This document shows, piece after piece, positions 52,129 through 64,000 of a DNA stretch of 64,000 bases (positions are counted from its first letter, which is position 1; each line of letters begins with the position of its first letter). This DNA is from Microbotryum violaceum (Eukaryota): contig CDLV01000005.1 in NCBI GenBank assembly GCA_001244265.2, positions 62,001-126,000 of the forward strand, given 5' to 3'. A program made the position numbers and the translations under genes. Below the pieces are notes generated by a model. The model was not told where the DNA came from, searched no databases, and saw only the letters and a list, made by a program, of their open reading frames with translations.

Positions 52129-54785
52129 TTAAACCTCATCCATGGCCAACCTCTCATAGCCCGTCCTGCCCGACTTGTTCGCCTTCGCCCCCCTCACCGT
52201 CGACATCGCCGTTGTGCCCGGTTTTTTAAGCCCTGCCTTCTCTTCCCTCTCTCTCCTTCTCCGTTCCCTAACAGCCTTCTGAAATCCACCCTCAGGAATC
52301 TCATGCAATCGCGTATAATCAACGTCCAATTCCTTACCCCTCGTCCAAAAATCCCTACAATTGCCCACCAAACCCAAATCAAAGGGATTCGCGACATGAC
52401 CTGATTTAGCCAAACCAGTTACAGCTTGACCGGTAGTGAATCGATCGATACCTAAAATCTTGAGCAAGAAACCTCCCTTTCGCACTCGAGTCGATTTGTG
52501 ATTGACGGCTTCTTCGTCTCCTACTTCTCGATCCACCGTAGCATGGGTTGAAGAGGTAGCTAAAGCGGCGGCTGTTCTAGTCGCGACTAGACCTTGTTGA
52601 GCAGCTATCGAAACTCCAGGTTTACCTCCCATATAACCATGTCTCCCGACGTTCGAAACTTCCAAAGAAGTCATTTGACGAACGACTTGCCAAAGTTGCG
52701 CGACGAGTAGGATCGAAGTCCACGTCAATTGTAATCCTGACCAGGACACCACAACCAACGCCAACGTATCGAAGCGCGACGAGACGCATAGCCAATTGGG
52801 GAAGTTGCACACCGCGTCGGGGGGCAGAGGCGGTGCGAGGGTCGAAAAGTAGTGGTAGGAGAGTTTGAGGAAGACCGAGATGGCAAAAACGAGCGCGATG
52901 ACGAACATGAGGAACTGGCGATGGTTGTTGCTACCGACTGTGAGAATGTGTGGTAAGGATCAGTCCATTGGATTGGATAGGAAAAACTGCGCAGGACTTG
53001 GGGCTGCTACCCACCATCGTTCCATACCCATGGGCAGTAATGATCGAACCGAGCGGTACACCGCTTGGTCATATAGGAATGCTTTGATCGCAAAGGCCGT
53101 CGAGTCTAAAGTGCAAAACACCTGTAAGTCAAGCTGATACCCAAAACTGGGGAATGGAGGAGTGGCAATTGCTCACCAAGCAGGGAAGGCAAAAGTTCAT
53201 GCCGTTGAAGTTGCCATGTTCGACCAAGTCCTCGATTGTCTGCGCAATGGGAAGATGTCAGTCCGTCGTGCCCTCCTAAAAAATTACATATATTGCCACT
53301 GCTCACCTCTTTGAGCTCGGAATCGTTTACAGGAAACGGTACATGGCCCGGATCGAGCGTAATGGCCCGGAAAAAGTTGTACGAGCACACTAGGATGCCG
53401 ATGCCGCACAGCAGCTGGCTGACCGCATGACCGGGGAGGGAGACCATGCGCGTCAAGTAGATGTAGGTCGCGGCGAGAAGACTGGCGGTGATGATGGACG
53501 CCAAGTAAGGGCTCTTGGTGATGCGGTCCGAGTTGTGCGGTCCCGAGACTCCGAGCAGGACCTTTGCGACGATGTGGTGCATCCCATAGATCTCGCCAAA
53601 CGCGAGCAAGAGACCTGACCACCAGGGTAGTATGACGAGCGATTGCAAGATGACGACGAATGCGAGCGAGGGCACGATAAATATGGCGACGATCGTATTA
53701 CGAGGTGAGAGAGTGCCGACCTGCTTGCGCCCATCTTCGTGATAGCCGGCGTCGAGCAGCCCTCGCTTGAACGCGGCAAGCGATTTCAGTTCTGCAGCCA
53801 TGTCGCGCGCCGTCTTTCCAGCATGCTCCTTGACGCTCAAATCGACTCCCGCTTCGACGAGTCGCTTGATGCAGGCCGCGTTGCCCTTGACGGCGGCCCA
53901 ATGCAGCGGAGTCAGTCCGGCGCCGTCGGGCCGACGTGGATCTGCGCCAGCTCGGAGCAAGAGGTCGACAGAAATGGCGTCGCCCTGGTAGCATGCCCAG
54001 TGCAGCGAGGTGTGTCCCTCGGTGTCGGCCGAGTCTACGGCGATGGGTTGCGAGGTGAAGAGCATGTACGCGACCAGGAGCGCCGAGGACGAGTGTACGG
54101 AGAGGTGGAGCGCGTTGAAGGATTGCGAGTCGAGCAAGGTCGGGTCGGCGTTGTACTTGAGCAGCAAATGCACGACATAGACATGACCGTTCCTGTGTGA
54201 AGTTTACTGTATAGTCAGTCTCAGGCCTAGCTCCCATCTCTGTCCTATCCCTGCTCGCGCAGAAGTGGGGGTTTCCTGGTGGGCTCACCTCGCGGCCCAT
54301 TGCAGTGGCGTAGCCGACAAGTCCCCTCCGATCGCGTCGACGTTGGCTCCCCTCTCGAGCAAAAACTTGCACGCCTGTACGTGGTTGTTGATCGCCGCCC
54401 AGTGCAGAGCGGTGACGCCAACCGGGTCGAGATCGTTCGCGGTGACGGTCGGTGCACCGTCCGCAGTGGCCGTCGTGGATGGCGCGTCGTTGGGTTCGGG
54501 TAAGAGCGAGTGCAGCGCAGTCAAATCCCCAATCTGCGCGGCATGGTGCAGCTGCGGTAGAGGTGGGCTGGCGGTGAACGGCTCGTGCGACTCGTGCGGC
54601 TCAGTCGGTGATGTGGGATCGCAAGCGGGCGCGTGGTCGGGGTTCGGAGGGGACGTCGCACCGCTCGCGTTGCCCTGCGCCGACGTGGATTGCAGCGAAG
54701 TCCGAGCCAGTGGCGTGGCCGAGTGTTCGACGATCGTCGCAGAGGTCGTCGCACTCGTCTTGGTCGCCAGAGGAGGAGGCGCCAT
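52129..54785 (-). CDS. AKR1: Ankyrin-repeat palmitoyltransferase Akr1, spliced
   Basis: Ankyrin repeats ([38 protein letters not shown]), TM segments, [12 protein letters not shown] (DHYC at 53034-53045), [25 protein letters not shown]. Confidence 0.92.
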
Positions 54786-55249
54786 GATGTCGGATTGATT
54801 GCCCAGGGGTGAGGGCGTGCGTAGACGACAGAGAGAGGCAACCTGAGGCCACGAACTCGGTCCTCGTCTGTCGTCGTAAGGGCGCCTCGCTCGATCACAC
54901 CGTCAGACACCGCCCCCACCCCGACCCGACGAGCCGCGCAAGCGGTGCCACTGCCACGATCCCCAGTCCACCATTCTTTGTAGATCAGGCAGGAGAGTGT
55001 AAATGATAAGTGGGCACCTTATTGCACGGGAAACAAAGCTTTTATGGTATGAAACTTCATAGTATGCGAAAACAACGACATTTAGTAGCGAGGTGCACAA
55101 ATATCTCCGGGCACGGGCGGTGGGGGAGGGTTGGTATACCATCCTATATGTACCAATGTTTTCCTGGGCCAAATTTCAAAAAAGCTGCCTTAACGCGCTA
55201 CCCACGCGACCTATTAGCTCATTTGTTAGGCTTAAATTTGACTCGCATT

Positions 55250-55452
55250 GGATCCTCCAGAAGCCAATTCTCACGCGCGCTTCCATAGCCTTTTCTCTTT
55301 CTAGCCAATTATCTACTATCATCTTCGGCTCTCCTACTTACGTATCTCGTGCCGGGGCCTCAGGTCAGTTTCTATGGAATCGAACTACCTTAATTATCAT
55401 CTTGAGCTCTCATACTTACGTATCCTCGTGCCTGAACCTCAGAGTTCTAATA

Positions 55453-55483
<31 letters not shown>

Positions 55484-56170
55484 TCGCCGGAGGACTGCAA
55501 ACTCACCGAGCACAGCAACATCGACTAGGACCTCAGCATGTCTCTCACTGTTGCCCCGTGTGAAGTCTGTGCGTGCGAGCATTCGTGCGCCGATCCTCCC
55601 TTCTGGGCGACCGATCCAGTATCGTGGCCTCAGTGGTGGCGGGCGCCGTTGCGTAATCCTCCCAGCGCGAGCGTACGGCCGTGGTCCACGGAGGGTCGAT
55701 CGTACCCTTGCGCAAGTACGAACAGACTTCTCGGGCAACAGTGAGGGGCATGTTTAGGTCCCAGTCAATGTAACTGTGCTCCGTGAGCTTGCAGTCCTCA
55801 GCGAAGGCAGCGGGCGCGTTCGGTGGCAGGAGGTGGCGGGGGGGCGTGGGAGCTTCTTCGTTGCGGGCTCGTTGGTTCTTCACTAGCAGTTCATACTCAG
55901 CGCGTGAGAATACGATAGAGCCGATGTGTGTTGAAATGGTCGTTATGGCCCGGCGTTGATGGTGGTGGAAGGGGTGGTATTCCGTCATTATCGGACATAT
56001 TGTCGACGTCTGCCGCTGGTAGGTCGTTGGGCTTATAACCTATTAGAATCACGAGATACGTAAGTATGAGAGCCGAAGATGATAGATAAGAATTTGTAGA
56101 TGTAGATAGCTGGAGAAAAAGAAGAAAGGCTATGAAAGGGGCGCGCGAGCTAGGCTCGAGGCGCGAGAGG
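55250..56170. mobile_element. Two convergent Ty1/Copia 5' fragments (LTR end, PBS, gag start)
   Basis: PBS-like GGTTATGAGCCC at 55453-55464 (+) and GGTTATAAGCCC at 56029-56040 (-); homologous LTR-like sequence in inverted orientation; gag-like [13 protein letters not shown] on both strands. Confidence 0.75.
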
Positions 56171-59100
56171 CAGGACCCCAGAAAGCCCAGCCAGAGGCGC
56201 ATGCGGAAAAAAGCCCTTTTTTGGCCTTTACTACCTCTCCATATAAAAAGGTGAGTTAAGGAATGTACCTAAAATCGCTGTTTTTAACTGGGTTGGCCGC
56301 CTATGGTGGATGTACCAGCATACTGTTGTGTCTGCCGCACCTGCCTGTGGTGTCGGGGTTCCGATCAGAAGTCATGTACAAGCCCAGTGGTGACTTTTGT
56401 ATTTTCCGCGCCGTTCCAACGAAGCTACAGCGCTCCCAGTATTTTCCTTATTTTTTTCGCTCACATAAAACAATGCTTCCACTCATATTTCATTTAATGA
56501 ACCGCAAGCGCGTGGCTTTGCATGATATTGCTTCTACAGCAGAGCTCTGCCTGACGTGCGAGGCGAGGGCTGGCGTTTGTCACGTGATGCGGTGCGCCGG
56601 CGGTGGAGTGTCATTCCGGCAGTCGACCAGCGGCATTAGGGGCTGAACAACAAATCAAACCATGTAAATAATCCTGCGCCACTCCCTCGAACCTTTCCTT
56701 TCTCCCTCCCACTCTCATCCAATTTTAGTGACACTCATTCAAGAACAAACCTTCGCTTCTGTGTAATGCCCCGGTCCCAAGGTCGCCAGGGAGGGCCATC
56801 GCAACCTCGCCAAGTCTTGGGCGCGAGGATAGCGCCGTACCATGGGCCAGCTCGAGCGCCCGCTGCTGGGCGCCCCGCGGCTCGACCCTCCTCTTCGTCC
56901 CGCTCCGATCAACAGAATCAGCCCCCGCGCGTCATGACAACAATGCAACCGATCTTGGCATTGCGACACGTATACGAGCCCGCCGTGCAGCTGTGCAGAA
57001 CGGACAGCGTCGTCAGCGCGATGGCCAACTCGACGCTGGGCTCGCCCCACCACCACCTCCGCAAAGGCGAGTGCGCCGGGCTCGAATCGCGCTCAAACCC
57101 CTCAAGCCCCACGTTTTCGCAGGGCAAGGTGCAGCTACCTCCCCCTCCCCAGCCCAATCTCGAGTATCGGCAGCTTCTTCAAGGCTCGGATAGCGGCCAG
57201 TTGCTCCGTCCAACAACATTCGTCTGCAGTATGGCCCACATGCTGAACTGTTCGACCCACCTACACAGAAGTTAAGGCATTCCGGCGTTCCGCGAGAATG
57301 CCCGGTCGTACAACAACGCGCTGTCGTTCACTTCGCTCGCTGGCTGCCCACTTTGACCAGACTCGACCAGGCACTCAAGGACCACGCGTTTTTGCGTTTT
57401 TGGTTGCTTTTACCATCGACTCGCCGCCCTGATTCCTACCGTCGATCAATGTCCAGCCTTGGCCCAGATATGGCTCATCGACCGGGCCGAGGCCACTGAC
57501 ACTCGACTGGGACCCGACGGCGCAGACAGTCGCATGCAACGATCTACTTTGACCAAGCTCGAGTCCATCCTGCGCACCGGCAATCGCTTTGTGAGAGAGT
57601 TTGCACCGGCCAAAGCTCGCGCAGGTTGGGATACGGCCAAAGAGTGGATCCTGCGCCTCTGCCTACCACCAGGCCGAGACCGACGCACCCACAACCTTCC
57701 TACGTCAAGCACGGAAATGGCGATGCTTATCTGCGATTCCGACACCAACACGGGAGATCGTGGACCGCAAGACCTTATTCTCCAGGTGCACGGTGATCAA
57801 TGTCCCGATGGTCGGCCCAAGTACCAAATCGTTAGCTCGCTCCATCCGTCCGCGATGCCTCTCCGCTACCCACTACTTTTTCCTGCACGGGAAGATGGCT
57901 TCCACCCCAACATTCCTCTTTGCGGGGTTCCACCAAGCCAGGCCGCCAATCGCCAGAAACTGAGAGCAGATCGACAATGGTGTCCAATTGCGCGAGGTAC
58001 TTGCCGGTCTCGGTCTGGATGACGAAGACGAACAGGAGGACGAAGACCGCGACAATGAGGATGAAGACGGCGAGGAAGGGGACGAAGAGGATGGTGATGG
58101 CGAACGTACGCGTCTTCGGCTCTTTCTCTGATGTTCCATTCTGTGTAAGGCGCAAGCACAGACTGACATTGAACTTTTGAACACCTAGGACGAAGGTCAA
58201 GTAAAGGGGTCGAGGTCGAGGTGGCGAGTCTCGCGTTCACAATTCTTTACTACTTGCCAAAGGCGACGAATACTTCTCAATCCCGCATTGCACCCAACGT
58301 CCCTTCCTGGAGTTTGTGATTTACGGATGTACTCCCAAGTCAAGACCGATTGACTCAACACATCCGGTTGCATCAAGAGAACCTACGCCTCACCACGACA
58401 CAAAGCATCAACGGCTTGACCCCGAACCAAATCGCGACATCACGCAGCGATACCAGGATGCGATGGCGTGCGTTGTCAAACATGGAAAGCCTCCGCTGCT
58501 CATCACTATGACGTACGACCCCGACTCACCGGAAATCAAGGCTGCACTGGGGCCGATAAAGCATGCAACCGTTCGGATCTCATTGCACAAGTGTTTGAAG
58601 CCAAATCCGGCAACAAGCGACATACAGGCTGTTTCGGCGATGAATGTAGGATGTGTGGATTTGTTTCTTTGCTGTACTTCGTAGGGTGTTTTCTTAACCT
58701 TTGCGCTGATATCATGTAGACTGTTCGATTATCTTGCTATTTATTGAATTTCATCCTCCCGTTAATTTAACGGGTTCCCACCGGTTTTGTCAAAGTTTTT
58801 TACCCTATTTTGGCCCCAAAATGTCAAAATTTCACATGCGCCTCTGATATATTATCAAAATGTGTTCTACATGCTCCAAAAATCGCTCAAAAGTCCTCGA
58901 AAACGCGTTCCGAGCGTTTGCGCGCGGCGGCCGATCGAAAGTGGCTTGCGGCGCGCGTCGCTTCGGCAGGTGTCGCGCGTGGCTCCAGGCTTCATACAAG
59001 CCTTCCCTGCTTTGCTGGCTGGCTCGCTGCTTCGTTGTCAGACTTCCTTTTTGCTGAAGTTGAGCTCCTTATTTACGCGGTGGCATTTGTGCGGCTTGTA

Positions 59101-60800
59101 GAGGTTCTGCCGGCGGCATCTCGCAGGCCGGGCACGCTCCGAAGGGTGGCAAACCTTTGCTCGGCATGTGCGCTCGTGCTGATTAGGCACTTGTCCGGGC
59201 AACATGAGGTGAGGTCCGTGGTTGGACGATATGTAGTCGTTGACGGGCCTAATGACTCGATGACCTGTCGACCATCAATCATGCGGAACGGCATAGTGCC
59301 ATCAATGAGGTGTGTGGAATAGCATGTTTTCTTGATGAGGTGAAGCTCCTGTACGACGACATTTGAGAGTAGAACCAACGAGGCGAGCGTGTCTTGGTTG
59401 CAGTGGTTTGTTGTCACTTTGCTGTAGATGTATCGCACTGTAGGACACAAGACTTGTGTCAAACGAGAACTTCACAGCTCAACTGCCATTCAAGGCATCG
59501 TACCAATTCCAATGAACAGCACTTCTTCTCCATAGGCAGTTTGATCGCAGCTGATTGAATGCATGCCACGCTTGAGGCCAAAGCAGACCAGAGATCCGAT
59601 CTCCGATGTTGTGGTAGTGGTTACAGCTCCGCCGTCAAGCGATCCAAAATGAGGATAGCGTTGTGCTAGTGCTCCGTCTGCTTGTTTCTCCAAACATTAG
59701 ATCCAGTTGCCTTCGCTCCTAAATTCAGCGACAACTCACTTGAATGCGGCCATCCTCAGTATAGACATTCTTCTGGATCCTCGTGTGTTGTGAGCGCTCG
59801 GTCCATCTGGTCACCTCTAGTCCAGCGAAAGCTCCTTGTCGTGCCCGCCATGTCTTCGCAGCGAGATGGTCCCATGGACTGTACCAACCCTTTCAAGACG
59901 CATGAATGTGCTGCACTGCGTCCTTCCTCTGTATTGCTAACCCCTACGCCTGCCTCTCCGCGAGTTGGGTCGCTCGATTCCATCGGCCTCCCTTGAGTAG
60001 AACAGCTTGAGGTGGCTACACTTATGAGCAGCTTGATGGGCATTCAGGTTGGCCAGTTCAGCGAGAAATTGGTATCGCGAGCATCGACAACTTGAGGCGG
60101 AAGTTTCAAGTTTGTGGGCTGTGTAGAACTGAACACGCGTGAGCTTAGACCAAAATTTCGATAGTTGAGCTTGGTAGACGCACGATTGGTCGTGAGAAGC
60201 TGTTTGCCTTCTCAACGGCATCGAGTAGATGATAAGGTCGAGTACTGGGTGTGCTCGTCTTTGGACAACTCGATGTGAAGAGACGCGTCGGCGGGAGCGA
60301 CATCGAAGGCGAGGAGCTCGGCGATCGTCATGTTCATGTTGGTGAGCGGCGATAATCAATCGAAGGTATCGTTCAAATAGTAGGCCTGCATGGGATGATG
60401 TTGTCGTGCTATGCTCCAATCTCGGACCGAAGTGAAGCGGAACGGAACCTGCGCCCCTTCAATATCGAATCGGCCTAATCCCTCACAGCCACTTAACTCA
60501 AGTGATTACCGAAGATGGCTAGTACTAAGTGACTTGTTCAGGCGCGAGCATCGCTAAACGCGTCTCGAAGCGAAGGCGAACGGGCCCAAAGTCATGCCGA
60601 AGGTTGCTCAGGGTAGGCCAAAATTGGGCCGACTCACGGGAAAATGTCAAAATCTGGACATGCGCCTCGGGGGCGAAACGTGTGTTTCGTCCCAAAATGT
60701 CAATTTTTTGCAATGCGCCTCGACGGTTTTCAGGATTTTGGGTCCTCAAAATGACAAACAAAAAAAAAATGCGCCTCCGGCTGGGCTTTCGGGGGTCCTG
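56171..60800. mobile_element. Second member of the CAGGACCCC TIR family, enclosing a Helitron fragment and unidentified decayed sequence
   Basis: 32-bp inverted repeats at 56171-56202 and 60769-60800 (30/32 identical); subterminal AAAATG(T/A)CAA..ATGCGCCTC units at 60641, 60694, 60748 and 58818; no TSD. Confidence 0.6.
56900..58610 (+). mobile_element. Degenerate canonical Helitron (Helitron_like_N) fragment, 3'-truncated
   Basis: FRENARSYNNALSFTS, AQIWLID, THNLPTSSTEMA, LHPSAMPLRYPLLFP..GFH, QRYQDAMACVVKHGKPPLLITMT..PEI; multiple frameshifts. Confidence 0.85.
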
Positions 60801-60837
60801 TCCCACCCGTCCGAGTAGGGGGAACCAACTGAATGAG

Positions 60838-61780
60838 ATGGTTGCTCACAGCTGGGCATGGAAAGTAGCGCCTGCCTTGGCAGCAGGACGTACGATCATG
60901 TTCAAGCCGGCCGAGAACGCACCACTTTCAACACTCTGAAGCGCGGAACTATTCCGGCAAGCGGGGTATCCCGAGGGTGTCTACAATGTGGTGAATGGTG
61001 CGTCCGTCAGATCCTCTTTTGAAGATGCGATTTGCGGGAACAAGCGCCGCTTTGGCGTCTCAGCCGGACATTGCCAAAATCGCTTTCACCGGTTCGACGG
61101 CAACAGGTCATTCGATCGCCCTCACCGCCGCTCAATACAACCGCAAATTCACTCTGGAACTCGGTGGAAAGTCACCAAACCTCATCTTCCCTTCGGCGGA
61201 TTTCGAGCAAGCGTCCGAGTGGGCTACATTGGGCGGGTTCGAGAACAGTGCACAGGCTTGTTCGGCGGGGAGTAGGGTGTTGGTGCATAGGAAGATCAAG
61301 GAGGAGGTCGAGGAGAGGTCGATCAGATGTGCCAAGAAGATAAAGGTGAGCTGTAGGACAGGTTGTTTGAGGCGGTTTGGGGTTTAGGTGATTCGAGTAA
61401 CTTTCTTCCGAGACTAGATTGGCCACCCGCTCGACCCGGAAACATGGCAAGGCCCTCAAGTCTCCCAAGCCCAATTCGACAGCGTCATGTCCTATGTCCT
61501 ACATACAAATCGGGAAAGAACCACGGATCCAAATTTCTCTACGGTGGAGAACGCCACGCCTCCGAAGAATAGTACATCCAACCCACCATATTCACAAACG
61601 TCTCTCCGAACTCGGGCATCGCCCTAGAAGAGATTTTCGGTCCCGTCATCGCCGTGATCGCTTTCGAGACTGAAGGGGAGGCGATCCATATGGCGAATGG
61701 CACGCCTTATGGATCTGCAGCGGGCGTGTATTCCAAAGATGCGGGTCAGATCGTGAGACTTACTCGTATACGTCCAAGTG
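60838..61780 (+). pseudogene. 5'-truncated aldehyde dehydrogenase pseudogene
   Basis: WKVAPALAAG..KPAENAPLS, IAFTGSTATG, LELGGKSPN, QACSAGSR, EEIFGPV, ANGTPYGSAAGV; stops and frameshifts; begins right after the TIR at 60800. Confidence 0.88.
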
Positions 61781-61856
61781 AGTCTTACAGTCCTCCAATG
61801 GCGTTACGAAACCGTCACCGCCGGGTATTTGTCAACGACATGACATGTTTCCATAG

Positions 61857-62207
61857 TGTCATTCGTAAATGGCCATATGGGTTGTTCCGTTCTTCATCTG
61901 ATTATCGTTCCTATTATGGTACTTGGGATTGAGCCTAGCGGCGTGTCATTCGCTCCTTAGTCACTCAATCTCCCTACTTTACTAGTCTCTATTCTCTTTC
62001 CTTATTAGCTTTACGCTTCACTTTCTAGCCTTCCGCGAGTCTGTCTCTTAGTCTCTGGCCACTCTGTTCTCGTCCCTGTTCATTGGACTGAGTCGTGGTC
62101 ATCATCAGGTCAGCTCTTTGGAATCTTACCTTACTCTGTTCTCGTCCCTGTTCATTGGATTGAGTCGTGGTCATCATCAGTTTCCACTTGAGAGCATTTC
62201 TGCGACA
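61857..62207. mobile_element. Solo LTR (351 bp) with 5-bp TSD
   Basis: TGTC...GACA termini, CATAG on both sides (61852-61856, 62208-62212); internal 48-bp direct repeat at 62061-62108 and 62133-62180. Confidence 0.8.
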
Positions 62208-64000
62208 CATAGTAGGATCCGAGTTAGGACAAGAGGTTGATGATGAGAGGGGTGATAGGAGTTTACTGAGGACTTGATCAGACCATATGGTTAAACGCAG
62301 TTATGGCAGTATCGTATCTTTATCATCACTTGGGCTCTCCATTCTGCCCTGACTGCAAGGCATATGCCAGCTACTTGTAGGGAGGCTGGCTGCTTGTTAA
62401 TTAGCTTGCGCCTGAGTTACACTTCTTCCGTTCTGATTCTTCATTCGCTCTCTCAAGAAGACTGACTGGAGTGTAGCTCAGGTCGTTTATATGCGAGGTT
62501 CACAGCGTCTCACCCACCTACCACAATAGTATTGACCTGGGTGAATTTGATGATCTCACAGCGCCGCCCCCTTTGATAGCTTCAAGGCTTCGAGTATTGG
62601 GAGGATAGAGTTCCCCTGACGCGCCGGGGATCCATGCATCAATGCATCAACATGTTGTTGTATTCCAAGCGGCTCAAGACGGGTCGCCAGTGACACGATC
62701 GGGGCGGCAAACACCAGCACGGAGTAGATGAATCCCATCTTCAAATCCGAGAGGAGGGGAGAGGAGCAACACATGGTCAAATCGCCAACTTGAGCGCGCG
62801 CCGGGAGGTCGATGACAAGGTGAACGGCGTGCGACCATTATTTGAGCGAGAGCGCAACGATTGCGTTAAAAGTTGTGGCGAAAGACGCAATAGGCATGGT
62901 GGCCATGACCAGGCGGCGTCTGGGATCATATAAGCTAGTCAGCTTATATAATGAGGAGTAGCGCCAGGTTAAAGGAGGGATCCTCGACCTCCACTCACGT
63001 CCTGATGGTCGCATGCGCTATATTCACGCTCCTAGACTTCGCTTTGAAAGCAAGGGATTGCATGGCCAACCCACTCAGGGCCAAGCTGAGCCCGACGGAG
63101 ATGCAGGAGATTGGGTCAGAGTATAGTGTGATGTTAAAGTATAGTTGAAGACTGATCCAGCTGAGGTTGAAAAGAATCAGGAGGATGCCGGCTGGTCTAG
63201 GCGACGATCGAGCGAGGAGCCACCATGTTCAGCTGGGCAGTCAGGAGAGGAGAGGAGCAACTCTGTTGAAAGAGGATTCGGTGCATGCATCTTGTGGGGA
63301 TGCCTTCACTTTTGGTGTACGGGTTAGGCAACCAGGATGGTTTACAGCAAAAGAGATGGGAGCCTCGCGCTATCGGTGGGTCAGGAACACTTTCATCTCG
63401 TGGTTGTGGAGAGAGGAAGCGAGAGGGTGCGGTGTGGGCTTGGGTAGGGACGTGAGGATGGGCGGAAGTGGGAGTGGATCTGAGATGTCGACTCTTGGAA
63501 AGGAGGTGAGGTGGGCAATGACCGGTTAGCACAAGGGTCCCAGCAAGTTGGTGGAGATAAGAGCCGTGATGATGGACGCATTATCAGTGACCCCTTACCT
63601 TGGTTGTGGAATTAAGTAGGCCAACCCCCGTGTGATCTTCTCGGTGGGGGTTGGATAAAGCTGGGAGAAGGTAGAGAGGGGAGAGCGAGAGCCCAGCTGA
63701 AGCTCCGGTCGCGGCCCCCACACCGGCCGTTGAGCGTCATCGCGTCATCACTCCGAATGAACCGAGCTCTGCTAGGCTTTGCCGGAATTCTTCCTCAGGG
63801 GCCAAGGAAAGCAAAAGAGAAACACATGGTGTAAGCAACATGCGGTCCAAAGATTACGTGCGTTACAGAGAACAAAGAACAGAGACCACAACGAAAATAA
63901 GCACGAGGGTGCCATATGCTGTAGCACCAGGGAGGCGGCGGGTGACTAGAGAAGACTTCATAGTAGGTCAGAGTTTCTCTGGTCGTTGGGTGCTTCGCGT

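Noticed and set aside
53034-53045. DHYC instead of DHHC in the palmitoyltransferase
   Set aside because: DHYC is the known natural variant in Akr1, so it is not novel.

Overview
Eukaryotic, intron-rich, GC-rich fungal DNA. A basidiomycete of the Pucciniomycotina/Microbotryomycetes type is an inference from gene content and intron style. Host genes: two RTA1 paralogues (the second appears disrupted), an SDR, an F-box protein, a FIT/Scs3 protein, a Zn2Cys6 transcription factor, an M1 aminopeptidase (frameshift plus stop), an Aim11-like protein, a Ser/Thr-rich membrane protein, two secreted DPBB-type proteins (one with LysM), Wapl, Atg18, a paraoxonase-like gene with a decayed tandem copy, a DH/PH protein, a TauD/BBOX dioxygenase, Akr1 and an ALDH pseudogene. 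Two transposon nests (about 2.4-12.7 kb and 55-64 kb) hold a Helentron/Helitron2 with two MITE-like foldbacks, a pogo-like element, convergent Copia fragments, a Helitron1 fragment and a solo LTR. The most notable signal is a TIR family (CAGGACCCCCGAAAGCCCAGCC...) present as two cognate inverted pairs. One pair is flanked by GCCGGC on both sides and encloses an apparently intact, intron-containing SDR gene, making it a candidate gene-carrying (Pack-type) DNA transposon. Exon boundaries were read by eye and some coordinates are approximate.
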